A DNA stretch of 64,000 bases, from the NCBI RefSeq assembly GCF_964204645.1, contig NC_134030.1, positions 12,607,947 to 12,671,946 on the forward strand, read 5' to 3'. The stretch comes from Tubulanus polymorphus. Lineage: Eukaryota; Animalia; Nemertea. Made by a program: the position numbers and the translations under genes. The notes beneath the pieces are model-generated. The model searched no databases, was not told the DNA's origin, and saw only the letters and a program-made list of their open reading frames with translations. How positions within the stretch are numbered: position 1 is the stretch's first letter; every line of letters starts with the position of its first letter. Below are positions 14,101 to 29,100 of this stretch, in pieces.

Positions 14101-17100
14101 TCTATGATTGGCTTAGCTGCAGAGATCAGTAAGTGTTCACGTGAACACGCGAAACCGTCTTCTGTTTTACTTCTGGGTTTTATTTTTAACTTAGTATTTC
14201 TATATTTTATTCGTGCCTATGCATATTTTGCTACCACAATCAATTGGAAAGTTGAAACTCATGACATGGTCTATGATCGTGGCAACTTTCAGTGTCATTG
14301 GTTTTTGCATATGGCCACCGGGGGCGTTGAACAGTGCAATAATTTAGTATTTCTATATTATATATGTACCTATGCATATTTTGTTACCACAATCAATTGA
14401 AAAGTTGTAGGTCATGACATGTTCAATGATTGTGGTGAGTTTCAATGACCCAAGTTATTCTATATAGTCACCAGGGGGCATTGAAAAGTAGAATAGCTTA
14501 GTATTTCCTTATTATATTGGTACCTATGCATATTTTGTTACCACTATCAATTGGACAGTTGTTGCTCATGACATGTTCTATGATTGTGGTGAGTTTCAAG
14601 GTCATTGGGCTTCGCATATGGTCACCAGGGGCGTTGAATAGTAGAATAACTTAGTATTTCCATATCATATTGGTAACTAGGCATATTTTGTTACCCCAAT
14701 CAATTACAAAATTTTAGCTGCTGCCATGTTCTATGATTGTGGTGAGTTTCAAGGTCATTGGATTTTTCAGGGTCATTGGATGGGGCATTGAATATTGAAA
14801 TTGTTAGATTGTTGAGCATCTGAAACCACTTCCCAAGTGGGCATGGTGTCCCTGGACCCCTAGTTTTTTATTGAGCAAATTTCAGAAAATTCAATTCCAT
14901 TCTGCATTCAAATCAATAAGACCAAGGGAAAAGATTTATCTCAGGTATTTATTCCTGCTATGTAATAAATAAATTGTATTAGGTAAATTATAGGTATTGA
15001 ATGGTATTGAGCTAGAAGTTTTTTAGTAGTGAACGACCACTTTGTTATCCTGTTCAAATGACATCATGTTTTCTCCTAGGTCAGTCAAATACTTACCGTT
15101 CAGTTTTCTCTGTAACAACATAATGTCTACACTTTTCGCGGTATGCAGCTTATTTGTACCATTGAATGATAGATCAAGTTTATTACGCCGTCCAATATTT
15201 CCGTCATTTGATGTAAAAAATTGACAGAATTCCTTGAAAGATTATGGCTAGACTATGACACATATTGACCGCACGCCACTGCTATGTCGAGCGTGCTGAC
15301 GTGATTATGGAAAACCCAAGCTTTGATTGGTTGTTTTGGGAATGCCAGCGCTTTTGACGTAATAATGGGAAACCACGCTATGATAGGTTGTACTAGTCAA
15401 AGTGCTGAAGTGATCAGTTCGACAAGTTTAGTCGCTTATAAACGGTATCGCTTTCTAGAAGGCAGGTTTTTATCCTGACATTTCATTAAACTTAGCCGAT
15501 TAGTTTGTCTGATGTGTAAGAGTCTAACACGCGCCGCTGATGTATGAGCTTGCTTTTCTTGCTATCATCACTGAATGTTGACTGCGTGCATACAAACGGC
15601 GTACTATACATAGCAGACACGTGGTGCTAATGCACTCACGTGCGCGACTATACAAATGTATTATCTTGCCGCTGTGAGTTGATGAAATAAACAAAATAAT
15701 CTAAGAATAACATTGGAAAGTGATTTTGCCTATGTATTATTATACAAATGGAGCGAATTTAATGGACCGGATGGTTTCCAGATGAAAGGTTTTTTCACTG
15801 TGCAAGCTGGGCATATATTCATGATACAAATCGTGCATTCTAGCGTGCCGAATTTTGAGAAAGGGCCTTGTTGAAATTTACATCAGGTTTTTCTCGAAAA
15901 TCTGAACGCAAAGCTGTCAGGTTTAAAAAGTCAATCAGAAAGCATTGTCTCCCTATGATTGGCTTACCCACAGAAGTCATGAGGTGTTCACGTGATTCCG
16001 CGGTATCGACGACTGTTTTATTAGTGGGTTTAATTTTAAGATTCAAAATTGTATTTCAAGATCGATTCCTGTGATACACCATTATTCAATTTGGTTTTTG
16101 AGAGGAAGTTTAATTTACACTTCTGAATCCTTGACAATTGTTCAGGAAAAATAGCTTTTTCTCAAATGGGATGTATGACCTTGATATGCAAATTAGCCAT
16201 GTGCACGAATTGCAAATTCAATATAATGTTATTCCTCCAAAATGTCAAATCAAAGTCAATTTTACTTTATTGAGCAAAAATTCAAATTCATCGAATTCCA
16301 TTTTATTTTATTCTACATTCAAATGTATTCACTAGACGATCGGTAAAGATTGATCTGAGGTATTCGTTCTTGCCAGCCCCAGTGTCTCTGTTAGTACTGT
16401 TACTTATTAAACACAGCCAGTCTAATGAAAAACGATCTTTGTCATTCAAACCTACTGGGGCAGGAGAACCGACCAGATGTTTGAAGTTTTCTAGTTTGAC
16501 AAATATAACCCACAGAATGCATCATTTGCCATTTTGAGAAAAGCTGACAGGCTGGCCATATTGCTCCTTGTTTTTTGTTTCCTCCACCAGGGGGTTTGAA
16601 TATTGAATTATATATAATTTGTCTATTCATGTTGGTATCTATGTATATTTTGTAACCGCAATCTATAGCAAATTTGTAGCCTGACATGTTCTATGATTGT
16701 GTTGAGCTTCAATGTCATTGGTTGTTGTATATGGTCCCCAGGTAGCGTTGAATAGACAATTATCTTAGTATTTCAATATTCTATTTGTAGTTAGGCATAC
16801 TTGCCCCAATCAATTGCAAAATTGTAGCTCATCACATGTTCTATGATTGAACTCTCAGGGCCGATGTTTTTCTAATTCCTAATACAAGCGAGCATGCCTT
16901 TATATATGTCATCTAGCCAATATGAGGAAATCTAGTTCTTGGTTCTTTGTAATACTGAATTTGTAAATTAAAATCATTTTTATTTTAGTTAAATCTAAGG
17001 GAGAACCCACTAGCCTATCATGCCAACCATCGATTACTGACCGTGCAATATTTATCTCCAGTTGCTGCTAAAGAGGTACGTATACACGGAAATTTATGAT

Positions 17101-20100
17101 TTTAGATTTATTGGGCAACCTAATGCAAAGCCTGTAGCCATGTAGTTTGAATGGATATGATTGTCACGGTACACGGTAATAATGCCAGAGGTTTATAATG
17201 CCTGAAGGATATATGCTGCTAGTGTGCACTATGAAAGCCAGATGTTTTACAGGGATGATAATTTTCCGCCTTTTCAATCAATTTTCATCATTTCTCAGAT
17301 CGATGCAAATCCGTTGAAAAAATGGGGGGAGGGTGAGGATAATTGCATCTTAAGGATAGATTGGTATGACCATAAAAGCGTTTCCTGATCTATTTTTAAG
17401 TACGATCATTTTCGTTAACAAAGTTTTATTTATCTGTTGCTCGACCATGTGTCTGTGGATATATGTATCTACATCATTGATTTTTTGGTATACCTTTGTC
17501 AGCTCTACGAGCGAATGTGATTGGCTGTTTTTGGGATATACGGGGAATTCCGGCGCTACTAAAATAATTATGGGAAAGCCATAGAATGGCGAACGTTTCA
17601 TTGGACTAGGTGCTGTATTACGTGCAAATTTAAAATGCTCATTGCTGATGAGAATGTAATTATTATTATAGGTATTGTTTCATTTTAATACCCGGTGATT
17701 GATTTGATTGACACTGAAGTGCAAGCGAACATTCACTTACACAAGGCCTCCACGTGCGCGCAGAGTGCTATAGACTGTTGCATACACAAACACACGCTCG
17801 TAAAGTATACACTACTATAGTGATACTGTAAACGCTGCTTGCTGGCGCGTCTGACATTTCATCAACAGAAGATGAGCGCTATGTTTTCTGTTTGATATAA
17901 TTTATAATAAATTGTAATTTCTTGTGACATGAAAATATTAAGCAGCAAACTACAAGTATAGGTCGAGGTCTGAATATTGTAGTAGTAAATTCCAGGATTT
18001 AAAACGATCTAATATGCCGATTTCTTACTGTGCCGGTTTAGATTCCGCGGCCATTCATTGGAAGAGGTTTCCAAGACTAAATATTCAGCCACCCTCTGAT
18101 ATGTGACATCATATGAATTTTATTTGAATATTTTTTCATATTGTGGAAAATATTTCTTTGAAAATATAAGATAGTTTCCCTGCCGCGCCTACCTGTACCC
18201 TATTAAATGTATATTTTTGGTCTTATTTGACTACAAAATAATTCTTTGAGAAAGATGAAATACAAGATAGAACTTTGAAGTCACAAATTTAAAAGATTTT
18301 TCAAGTAATGCCCTTACCCCAAACAACCTCTAGCTTTCAAGGTAAACCACACTTTGCCCATGGGCAATTTATATGTCATTCTACGAATGTATAAAAATCA
18401 TGAATATTAATTTGTTGAGACAAAAATTCCGAAAATCAATTTTTCAAAGATTTCATTCTCGTTAAAAAAATGTCAGTAACCAAAATTAAGTCCTTTTTGA
18501 TACATGTATATTTTTTCTAGTTTAATTTTCAATGAAACGAATTTTTGCGTACTGGTAGCTTATACATGGCAAAATTTTTATTTCACACTAGTTTGGCGAG
18601 CCACGGGACCATTGGTCCTTTATCTTTATTGCTAGCTGTTCGGACCATTCTACTCTTTGTACGAAATGCTACTGATCTAATGAACATGGCAACTTTATAT
18701 GTGTTTGGACGAATAATAATATTTCTTGGGATGTGTATGGCACGTGCATTACTGTACTGATGATTCCTAAGGTACATATTAGAAAATACTGATTGAGTTA
18801 TTAACATGCTGAAAATGTTGCTAAAGAAAATGTTATTGAAAATGGGTACAAAATACTGAGAAAAAAAAAACGAAACTTTTAACCAAAAATACTGAAAGTG
18901 GTAATCCCAATGTTACAATGTATGTATGTGGTTTTACAGTGGCAATAAAGAAACCATCATCAGATCTCGGGGTTAACTCAGGTTATCGTGAAGTGTAACA
19001 ATAAACACACAAATTTGGATCCAAGGGATACTTGTAAAAAGTAATCAGCTTGATAACCTTCCCTAGGGGGTCCTGTTTCGAAGAAATGAGTCAATGTTAC
19101 ATGATCGGTTGTCCATTTCATATGGTAAAGTTGAAAGTAAAAATATGATGCCTCTAACCGGAAACGGGAGCCATTCATAAGACAAAGGGTCTCTTTAGCT
19201 TCGCTATGTTCTATTGATTGAGATCAGTGACACATGCATACATACTGCTATACCTTTGTGATCCTGGCTGTGTCGCCCAGCCTCTAACAGTGGACCATGT
19301 AATCACCCTGGCAAGTGAGAATGGGTTGTTTATGATTTTTGGTTTACCTTAGTCAGCGATATGAAGAATGGCGTTACCTTTTTTTTATGTGAGCATTTCT
19401 TTCATTGGTTCTCGGCCTAAACAATGTATAATTGATGCGATTGAAGACATGGCGAACCTCCGTCGATGACATGGTCAACTCAGTTAAAATTCGCCGAAAA
19501 ACTGTTTTTGGCGGGAAATTTCTTAGCTTTTGCGTATAAAATTGCAATGACCTCGATTGGGGGGCGTCGTCTCTACAAGGGAATGTGATTGGCTGTTTTA
19601 GGGATATACGGGGAATTCTGGCGCAACTAAATGACTATTGGAAAGCCATAAATGGCGAACGCTTGATTGGACTAGGTGCTGTATAGATGCGAATTTCAAA
19701 TGCTCATTGCTGGTGAGAATATAATTATTTCACATATCTAACAATATATAATATACATATTTATTTCACATAACATTCACTTACACAATGCCTCCACCTG
19801 CGCGCAAGACTGTTGCACACACAAACACACGCTCGTACAGTACACTTCTATTATGGTGATGCTGTAACGCTGCTCGGCGTGTGCATGTTTGACATGAAAA
19901 TAGGCTGAATAATCTCAGCAGAAGATGAGCTCTGTGTTTTCTGTTTGATAGAATTAGTAATAAATTGTAATTTCTTGTGACCTGAAGATACTAAGCAGCA
20001 AACTATAGGTACAGGTCGAGGTCTGTTTTGTAGTGGTAAATTCCAGGAATTAAAACGATCTAATACGCCGATTTCTTACAGTACCGGTATTTTAGCTTCC

Positions 20101-23100
20101 TCGGCCATACATTGGAAGAGGTTTCCAAGACTCAATACTACAAAAAACATTTGACTACAAAATAATTCTTTAAGAAAGATAAAATGCAGTATAAACTTGT
20201 AGAACTTTGAAGTCACGAATTAAAAAGATTTTCAGGCGATGCTCTTACTCCAAACAACCTTTACCATTCAAGGTAAACCACACTTTTTATTAGGGTTTTC
20301 TGTTACTTCACAGAAAACCCTATTGAGATTCGCGTGTTTCTTATTATTATTATTTTATATGTCACACTTTTTTCACTAAAAGAACATAGGCTTTGTTACC
20401 TTGCCACTGTTGCCGATACAATCCGTATGATATCCTTCAGCTCACTTCGATCTATAAATACTCCGTGCCTATTATCATGAAGCAACGTTACAAAAGCACT
20501 GTCGGGCCGTAAACATCGAAAATTGGGCCCCATTCAATGAGGCGACATGTTTTTCTGAGTCGTCATCCCGAAATCCACACGAGGCTGCTCGTCACTTCGA
20601 TTATCAATTGAAGTGTAAATAAACAAACTTATTGCCGCAAGACGTCACATTCAGCCGCGGTCTTCAAACAGTAAATTTTAACAATTAACCATTTTCTTCA
20701 TCAGTACACTTAACCAACCGACAGGATATAATTTACTACTCTGAATATTATAAGCACTGTAAAGATCGATCTTAAAAGCTGTAAAGATCGATCAATAAAC
20801 TTGGTATCTGCACATCGTCGTTCCGCGGATCCGCTGCAAGTTCTCGCCATGAGAATCAAAGCAAGTACAAATAAATTTATTACTCCCAGTGATTTGGCCG
20901 CGGGCTTCAAACAGTTAGTTTCTTTATCGGATATTTACTACGTTAAATCATTAGAGTACCAAGTCGTATTGGCCTAAACTGATGCAGCGGAGAAAAGCTG
21001 TTGTGGTGATGAGGTGTCAATAAATGGATTTATTACTACCAGTGATTCGGCCGCGGATTTCAAACATTTATCAATATTCTATTTTTCCTACAGTACATAC
21101 CCATCTTTACCAAATCCACAGGATATTTACTAAATGCCTGTATATTACACATTCTTATCCGTAAGCTGGACTCAAGCTTGATATTCGGAGTGAGCGTCTT
21201 GGATGCCGCGGTGGATAGGAGATCACTGTCTGTCACACCTGCTCTCCGTTTTGGTCAGTAATTTCGTTAATAAACAGTTTATCTACCTTTATTACGCATC
21301 AATTTGGTCAGTGAGGACTTTGCATTCAGAAATAAACAACAAGTTTTACTAAAGTTGTTTTTGTTTTCATTTATGAGGGATAGTTTACTCAGCACACGCC
21401 CGCGTAATGCTGAAAAATACGCTCCGCGGACGGTCGGAATCGTTACAGTGACTTCATCACCTGCTCATTAGCATATCAAAATACAGTAGGTGGCGCCATA
21501 AAAGCAGTTTTTCAGCATTTCGCAAGCGTATGCTAGGTAAACTATCGCTGATAGATGAAAATACAAACAAATCTATGCCACTTCATGATTTATTGCTGAA
21601 TGCAAATTCCTTACTGAACATTTGATGCATAATATTTAAAGATAAACCGATTGTTAACAAAATTACGAACCAAAACGTCGCACGGAGAGCACGTGTAACA
21701 GACATAGGTCGCTTGAAGTGTTTATTGAGTTGTACGCGATTATTAACAAAATTACGGACCAAAACGTCGCACGGAGAGCAGGTGTGACAGACATAGGACG
21801 CTTGAAGTGTTTATTGAGTTGTATGCGACCTCGAGGCCTACTGGGCTTTACTGTTTCGAGCAAGCATAGTTTAATTGTTTTGATTATTTACAGACTCGTG
21901 GATTGAACTTCAAACAAAATTTGCAATAAAAAATCGACATTGCTGCGACGCGATGTAGGCCTACCAATGATTTCTTTCTTCATAATCCGAAAATGAAATC
22001 GATTTTATGAATTGAATACCCCATGGACCTATCCCTGTTAAATAGGGTGTAGGAATACGATGTTTAGGAGGGTTGAAATTCAATAGGCCTAAGACCAATC
22101 CGTTCGGTTGGTAGGCCTACGCATATACATAGGTCTACATAGGCTATACTAGGAGCCCATACTAGGTTAAAGCTAAGTTCGCTGTAAAGGAGGAATCAGA
22201 TTTATTAAAATGCATGTATGAGTGATTAACTGGTTCGACTTGCAATGATCAATCACAATTATCAACGAAATTTTATTGGCAAAAAATAAGATTTTTGGGA
22301 AAATTTCGTCTGAGCAGACAGCTTTATAAACCAGACTTTTCATTTGAGTTTTTTCACCATTAATGAAACTGGTATTTCATTAATTCGTAATGATTTAAGT
22401 TACTGTGGAGCCCTAGAAAGATCTTTTTTTTCGTTCAAAAGATCTTTTCGCTCTAAAAGTTATTTCGTCCGGAATAAAAATTGTTCGATTGAACCAATTT
22501 GAAAGAATCGTTAAAACAAGTTGTTTTCGTTGTTCGAACAACTTTTTTTTGTCCTAACGAAAGGTTTCTCGTTCGGACAATTGTTCGATCGGACAGAAAC
22601 GTTCCATTCGGACAAAATTTTCTTGTCGGAACATTAGGTTTTTCGTCCGAAGAAGTATATTGTAAAAGTTTTTTCGTCCGAACACAAAGTATTAAGTACA
22701 TGTATATTGTTAAATTGAACACAATTGTTTTCATTCAAAAATTTGTTTGAGCGAAATTGTTTTGGCTCAACAAAATTTTTTTGTCGCGAAAAAAGATTTT
22801 GGTGGAACTAGATAGTCCTCGTTATAATAAGTAATCTTAATTCGAACAAAATAATCTTCTCATGCGAACACAAAGGTATAATCTGAACCTGGGTTTTCTT
22901 TGTATCCAATATCCATATCATGCCTTTTAGGTAGGAGCCCAAATTTTGAACAGAACACTGCTTGTTTAGATTGTTTTGGAAATATACTCTGTCTGGTACA
23001 TTTTTGATTACTCTGTATGTCATCTATCAGGATAGTGAAGAGAAGACGACTTAGGATACTACCTTGTGTGACTCCACTAGTTAGACCGATTTATTCCAAG

Positions 23101-26100
23101 ATGAGTTCCTTTGATTTTGGCCACCTGTTTTCGTTCAGAGAAATCTGCTGAGCCATTTAAACAATCCATCATTGATACCGTGTCCGAATAGCTTGTTTAG
23201 TAATCGCTGATGTTGTACCTTATCAAATGCTTTTTCAAAATCCATAAATACTAGTAGGCTTAACAGTTGATTTTCTAGAGTCAAATAACTATCTGGTCCA
23301 GTCATACATGGTATTTCTGTTGAGTACTGTACCCTTTCCTATGGTTTTTGCCAATATTTTCTAAATTTGGATTGATCGCCAATAGTTTTTCTATATGACC
23401 CGGCCCTGCGGTATTGCATTTAGCCACCGGCGAAATCCGCCATCTTTTTTCTTGGCGTTCTTGTATATGAACGCGTTGGATTTTTTTGCCAAAAAATCAA
23501 AGGGATTACGAAGTTAAGGGAGTTTTCACTCTCATAACGGTGAGTCCGTTCGGTTTGGGGGCTATCCCTTGTTTCTTTTTTCCCGGAATAATTTAACTAA
23601 ATTAATTTAATTTAATTGAATTGAATTCATTATTGTGACCGATTTATTGAATAATTATGCCGCCCCCTCCTAAGGGTCAGCATCGTGGCGGTGAGGGATG
23701 TGGGCATTAATTCGGTGCCTGTGATGACCACGTTTCGTGTGCGTCGTGCAGGCATAAATCAGGCCAAATCTGTTCAAGGAGTAATCCTTGCAAGATTTGC
23801 GAGGTTTGGTCCAAGGACCTTTGGATTCCGGCCGATAAGGCTCGGAAACTGAGAGATCGTCGTGCCAACCGACGTCTCTAATTAGGGTTTCTGCTGCCTC
23901 GGCAGAAACCCTATTGGATTCCTGCTGATTATTATTTTAACATATTTTCCACTGAGTTTCGTCACATAAAAATCATCTTCTATTAGATTTCACTACTAAC
24001 AACTTTGAAACGAAATGTTAAACTCTGATAATAATATAACAGTCGCTTTCTGTGCGTAGTTTCTATGGATGTACTGTGCTTCCTATTTTAAACTTGAAGT
24101 TACTTAAAGATAACACCGGTGGAAATAGCAATCATCAATCATGGCGCGCAAACTGGCTCGAACCTGAAAGTTTGTGACGTCATTTCATATATGAATAAAG
24201 AAGGAAGGCTCCGAGAATATCCAAATCACAGGTTACTGTGAATAACTGGGTTTCGACCATTCACAAGTTAAAAATGTACTTCCTTGTTTGTGAAGTAAGT
24301 TTATTCATACTGTTATTAAAAGCAGTTCCTTTTAAACATTCTATAATAGTATAGTTTTGTTCGTGGATATCAATACTTCGAAAAATCACCAGCGGTTTAT
24401 TTATTTACTGTACCGGCACGCGTTTTCTTAATTGAATTGAATTGGTCCGGTCCAAAAGGCGGGTCATACTAGTTAGCGTCAGAAAATGTCAGCGTCGGTG
24501 ATACCTTGTTATCGTCGATATTAAACGGTCTAAAGTCAGTCTATACATCACATACATTACAAATTGGAGGTCCCTTGTATATCACATCGCAGCGGCGATG
24601 GTAATGTCATAGAAGAACAAAGTCAGTTGAAAATACCTACCCACTGCACCGATAAAGAATGATTGCTAGCCAGAGACCATGTGACAGTCAGTAATGGGGA
24701 GTGATGGCACCGTTCCTGATTATGTTTTTCTAATGGTTATTGGACGTCAATTTCATATGTGAATTGTAGTCCCCATCTGATCGCTTGACTTGTCAGACTG
24801 ACTTGTCACTCCTCTACTAATAGTTACACTATAAGGCCTTCCCTCCTGCATAGTTTACCCTATTATAGGCCAAATTTGTGCTTTGGGCCTAATTTGGTTT
24901 TCTTATCTAGTCGACTTTTTTTCGGAACTAATAATAACCGAATATGCGCTTAAACTGTCACTAGGGAATGGTAAAAACACCGTAGCTTCGTTCTTCTCGA
25001 TGTTATTTCTCCCAAAACCTGGCACATTAGTACTTTGTGTGTAGTAGCACATGCGCATAGTAGCACATGTGGGTCAACATATCCATGTTGTGAGTTGACC
25101 CCTAGGTGGCACTCATTCAAAAAAACGGAATGTAATGAACTGATTTCGGGTGAAATCTTTGCTCGCATCCCTGAATGACATCCTATCCAGAAAGGCAGAA
25201 ACCCGTTATCGCTGCTTGCAGCTAAATTTCTATTTCTTATCGTATAGCATAGCGGTCGCCGATCGTACTGGCACGGTCTGCTTCCCAACTCCGTTCACCG
25301 GGGAGGAACACTGGTTAACCGGCACCGGTCTCTGGTCAATCACCGGTCGCTGGTCGTTCAACGGTTCAGCCGGTTCGTTCGGTTCAGACTATATGTTCTG
25401 AACCGAGCGCGCGCCAAGGTAGTCAAGATACCGGCCCTGGTTCGGTCGGTACCGGTCCGGTTCGGGCACCAGTCCGGTCCAGACGTCACCTGGTTCTAAA
25501 CTTCCGGTTCTTACATCGTCTGATTCTGATCGTCGCTCTGGGAAATTATGGGGTGAATGTCACCCTGGAACGTTTTCGTTTCCCCCTCCAGAACGGGGTA
25601 TGAAATCTGGAAAATATTTTAGTTCAACCGATCCACCTTTGGTGCATTTCGCTCGGCGTATTATGCAACTCCAGGTGCTGTGGATCATAGTCATAGCTGC
25701 CTGGATGCTGATTATACTTTGATCAGCCCGGATACTGTTTCAGCACAGTCGGGTATTCGTTTGCCTAAGTCCAGTTTAGTGGCCATGACGTCAATCCTGA
25801 CAATCTTACCAGGGTTGGTTCGTTTCAGGATATGGCACTTTAGGTTTTGACGGGTGAGCTTCGCGAAACTCTCGCCGCCGTCCATGCGGGCTCCGACCCA
25901 GAGTCAGTTGCCCTAAAACTAGAGGGAATGGATCGGATTATCCAATGTTTGGCTCGGTCTGTTTCACATGTAGGCTAATCTTGTGTTAGCTTCCCGTCAG
26001 TCAGTTATGGACTCCAGTTCCAATGCTCGTCTACCAGACATGGTGTCCAATTCTTTGCTGAGAGCTCCATTGGGGACGTCTTCACGTCTCCTCTCCGATT

Positions 26101-29100
26101 GGTGCGCTCCAGTTTCCGCCGAGCTCAGGAAGATTCGGGAGGTCCAGAACAAGTCCACCGTCCGAACTCCATGGAAAAAGCGTTCGGGTCCGACGCCAGC
26201 AGCGCAAGGTTCGGCACGGACACATATAGGACCAACTCAAACTTCAGCGCTTTCTCAGGCGGCTATGGATGCTGGTTGGCGAACTAGCGCACAGCTTCAA
26301 CAATCGCGTCAAGCCTCGTCTCGTCTGGTCGTAACAGTTCCGGTTCGTATCGGGGCAAGGGGAAGCCTCCAAAAAGGAGCTCTTTCGGAAAAACTCGAAG
26401 TGAATTCTCGGGACTGGTCCGACCTTTACGGAGATGGTTGGCCCTCCCGGGTCGTCTCTCGTGGCTACCGTCTCCGTTTCCTAAGGCGTCCGCGGCTGAC
26501 GAGGTCACCTCCCGACATGCGACCAAAACCGGGTTAGAAGGCCTTAATCTCTCCGGCTCTCAAGGAATTGGCCGAGAAGGGAGCGATAGAACCAGTTTGC
26601 AACGAAACTTCTCCCGGCTGGTTTTCTCGAATATTCATGGTACCAAAATCCACAGGGGGTCAACTGATGGTGATAGATCTGTCATCCCTCAATCGGCACC
26701 TAGACATTCCAAGGTTCCGGATGACCAAACCCAAGGATGTGATTCAAGGGCTCCGTCCGGGTCAATGGGCGGCTTCATTGGACCTGAAAGATGCTTACTT
26801 TCAGGTTCCAATTCACCCAAAATCTCTGCGATTTCTCAGGATAAAGTGGAAAGGCCACCAGTTCCAATTCAGGTCTCTTCCATTTGGCCTCAGTACGGCC
26901 ACGTGGCTTTTCACCAAGTTGGTCAAGTCCGTTCAGAAGGTACTTCAGTCAAGGGGTGTTTGACTGTTTGTTTATCTCGACGACTGGTTAATAGTCGCGA
27001 ACTCGGCTCAAGAATGTCGGGAGGCAATGACCTTAGTCTTGGACTTAGTCCATCAGCTAGGGTTCCGCGTAAGCAGGGAAAAATCTCAGTTGACGCTGGC
27101 CCAACAGTTCACTTATCTCGGCATGTACTTCGATCTCCGAATCGGCAAAGTCTTTCCGTCTACGGCTCGAGTAGCCAAACATCAAGAAGCTGTAGCGGGA
27201 GTGCCCACAACCCCGAGAACAGCTCGTTACTGGTCACGGCTTCTAGGCTCCATCAGCTCCATGGGTCTGGTGGTGCCCTTAGGCCGCCTCAGAAGCAGGC
27301 GCTTGCAATATTGGAAGGTCTTCTGGTCTCAGTCGAAGGGCAACTGGGAGACCTTGATTCCCGTACCTCCAACCGATCTAACTCCAGATCTTCATTGGTG
27401 GGTGACAACTACGAATCTTCAGCGCCGGGTATCACTAGCTCCGTTAGAGGCTCTAGTTCGTGTATTCATGGATGCCAGTCACCAAGGGTGGGGGGCACAT
27501 CTGGAGAACCGAGTCAAAGCCGGGAGGTGGTCTCGCTACGAGGCCACCAACCACATAAATATCCTGGAAATGCTGGCCATGTGGAAGGGCCTGAAGTTCT
27601 TTCACAGGAGAGTGGAGGGCCACCATGTTTGGTTAGCCACGGACAATTCAACGGTGAGGGGTTACCTTCAGAATCAAGGGGGCACTCACTCAGAAATCCT
27701 CACGGATCTGTCAGCCAAAATTCTTCTTTGGTGCCAGACAAAGGGCGTTTCCCTGACTTTGGCACATTTAGCAGGGAAAAGGAATGTGATGGCCGATGCT
27801 CTTTCTCGTCGAGGTCAGGCTATTGCAACAGAATGGGTTCTCCACCAAGAAGTAGCCAATCGAATTCGAGACATGTTTGGCAATCTGCTGGATCTGTTTG
27901 CCACCCGGTTCAATCGGAGGTGTCCTCTGTTTGTCTCCAGACGCGGAAGCGTGGGGGGGTCGATGCCTTCTCTCTGGACTGGTCGGGGATGCATGCGTAT
28001 GCGTTCCCGCCCACACCAGTCCTCCTGTGCTTGCTGGATCATATAGAGAGATCAGTCAATTGCAACATAGTTCTGGTAGCACCATGTTGGCCGGCTCAGA
28101 AATGGTTCCTACCACTTCTCAACCTACTGTGCGACAACCCCAGGATTCTTCCGAATTTCCCATCACTTCTGTCTCAGGGGAACTTTCGGCATCATCCAAA
28201 CAGCCAGTGGTTAAATCTGCTGGCCTGGCCATTGTCTAGCGATCCTTGTCAGCTTCAGGCTTTTCGGAACAGACTGCCTCTTTTATCGGAGGATCTAAGC
28301 GGCCATCAACAAGTACCATTTACGATGCCAAATGGGGTTATTTTGCGGATTGGTGTGCTGCAGGGGATATTGATCCATGGCACCCTCTGTAGCTCAATTG
28401 GCAGATTTTTTACTGCATCTATTTGTAGTAAAAGGTTTGTAGGTTATAACTATTAAAGGTTACCGCTCCGCGATTTCTCATACATCGCGTGCTTCTGGAC
28501 GGCCAAATGTAACAGGGGATCATCGAATATCCCAGCTTGTTGCAGGGTTTTCCCGGCCTTGGGTACCGAGGAGAGTTCCACCATGGGATATGTCTGTAAT
28601 TTTGAAGAAGTTAATGGAGGCTCCATTTGAACCTCTTTCGGCAGCGTAATTTTGCGAATTTTTCAAAGAAGACTGTATTTTTGCTGTTCTTGGCTTGCTC
28701 AGCCCGTCGCTCTGAGATTCATGCACTTTCAGTGCGACAAGGTCATATTGTCTTCGGGCCAGCGAAGGAATTTGTTTCGCTGCGGCCTGTTTTCGAGTTT
28801 TTGGCAAAGAACCAACGGCCAGGCTCGGTTGGTCGTCAATGACGAATTGAAGCCCTAAAACGTCGAGTGGAACCAAGTCTTCTGGACAGGACATTAAGTC
28901 CTGTAAGGGCGTTGTGTTTCTATTTAGATCGCTCTGGTCCACGAAGGGGTTAAGAGCGGTTATTTATTCCGCTGCTGGGTCACCTGAAGGGTGATATTTC
29001 TCGGGACACAGTGGCCCGATGGGTCTCTTCACTGATTAAGGACATTTTATTGAAGGAGAATCTTTCCTCGGAGGGAGATGTTTCTCATCAAGTGAGGTCT

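Noticed and set aside
26438-28456. 672-aa ORF as a standalone novel gene
   Set aside because: It is a frameshift chimera of the DIRS overlapping YR frame and the MT domain.
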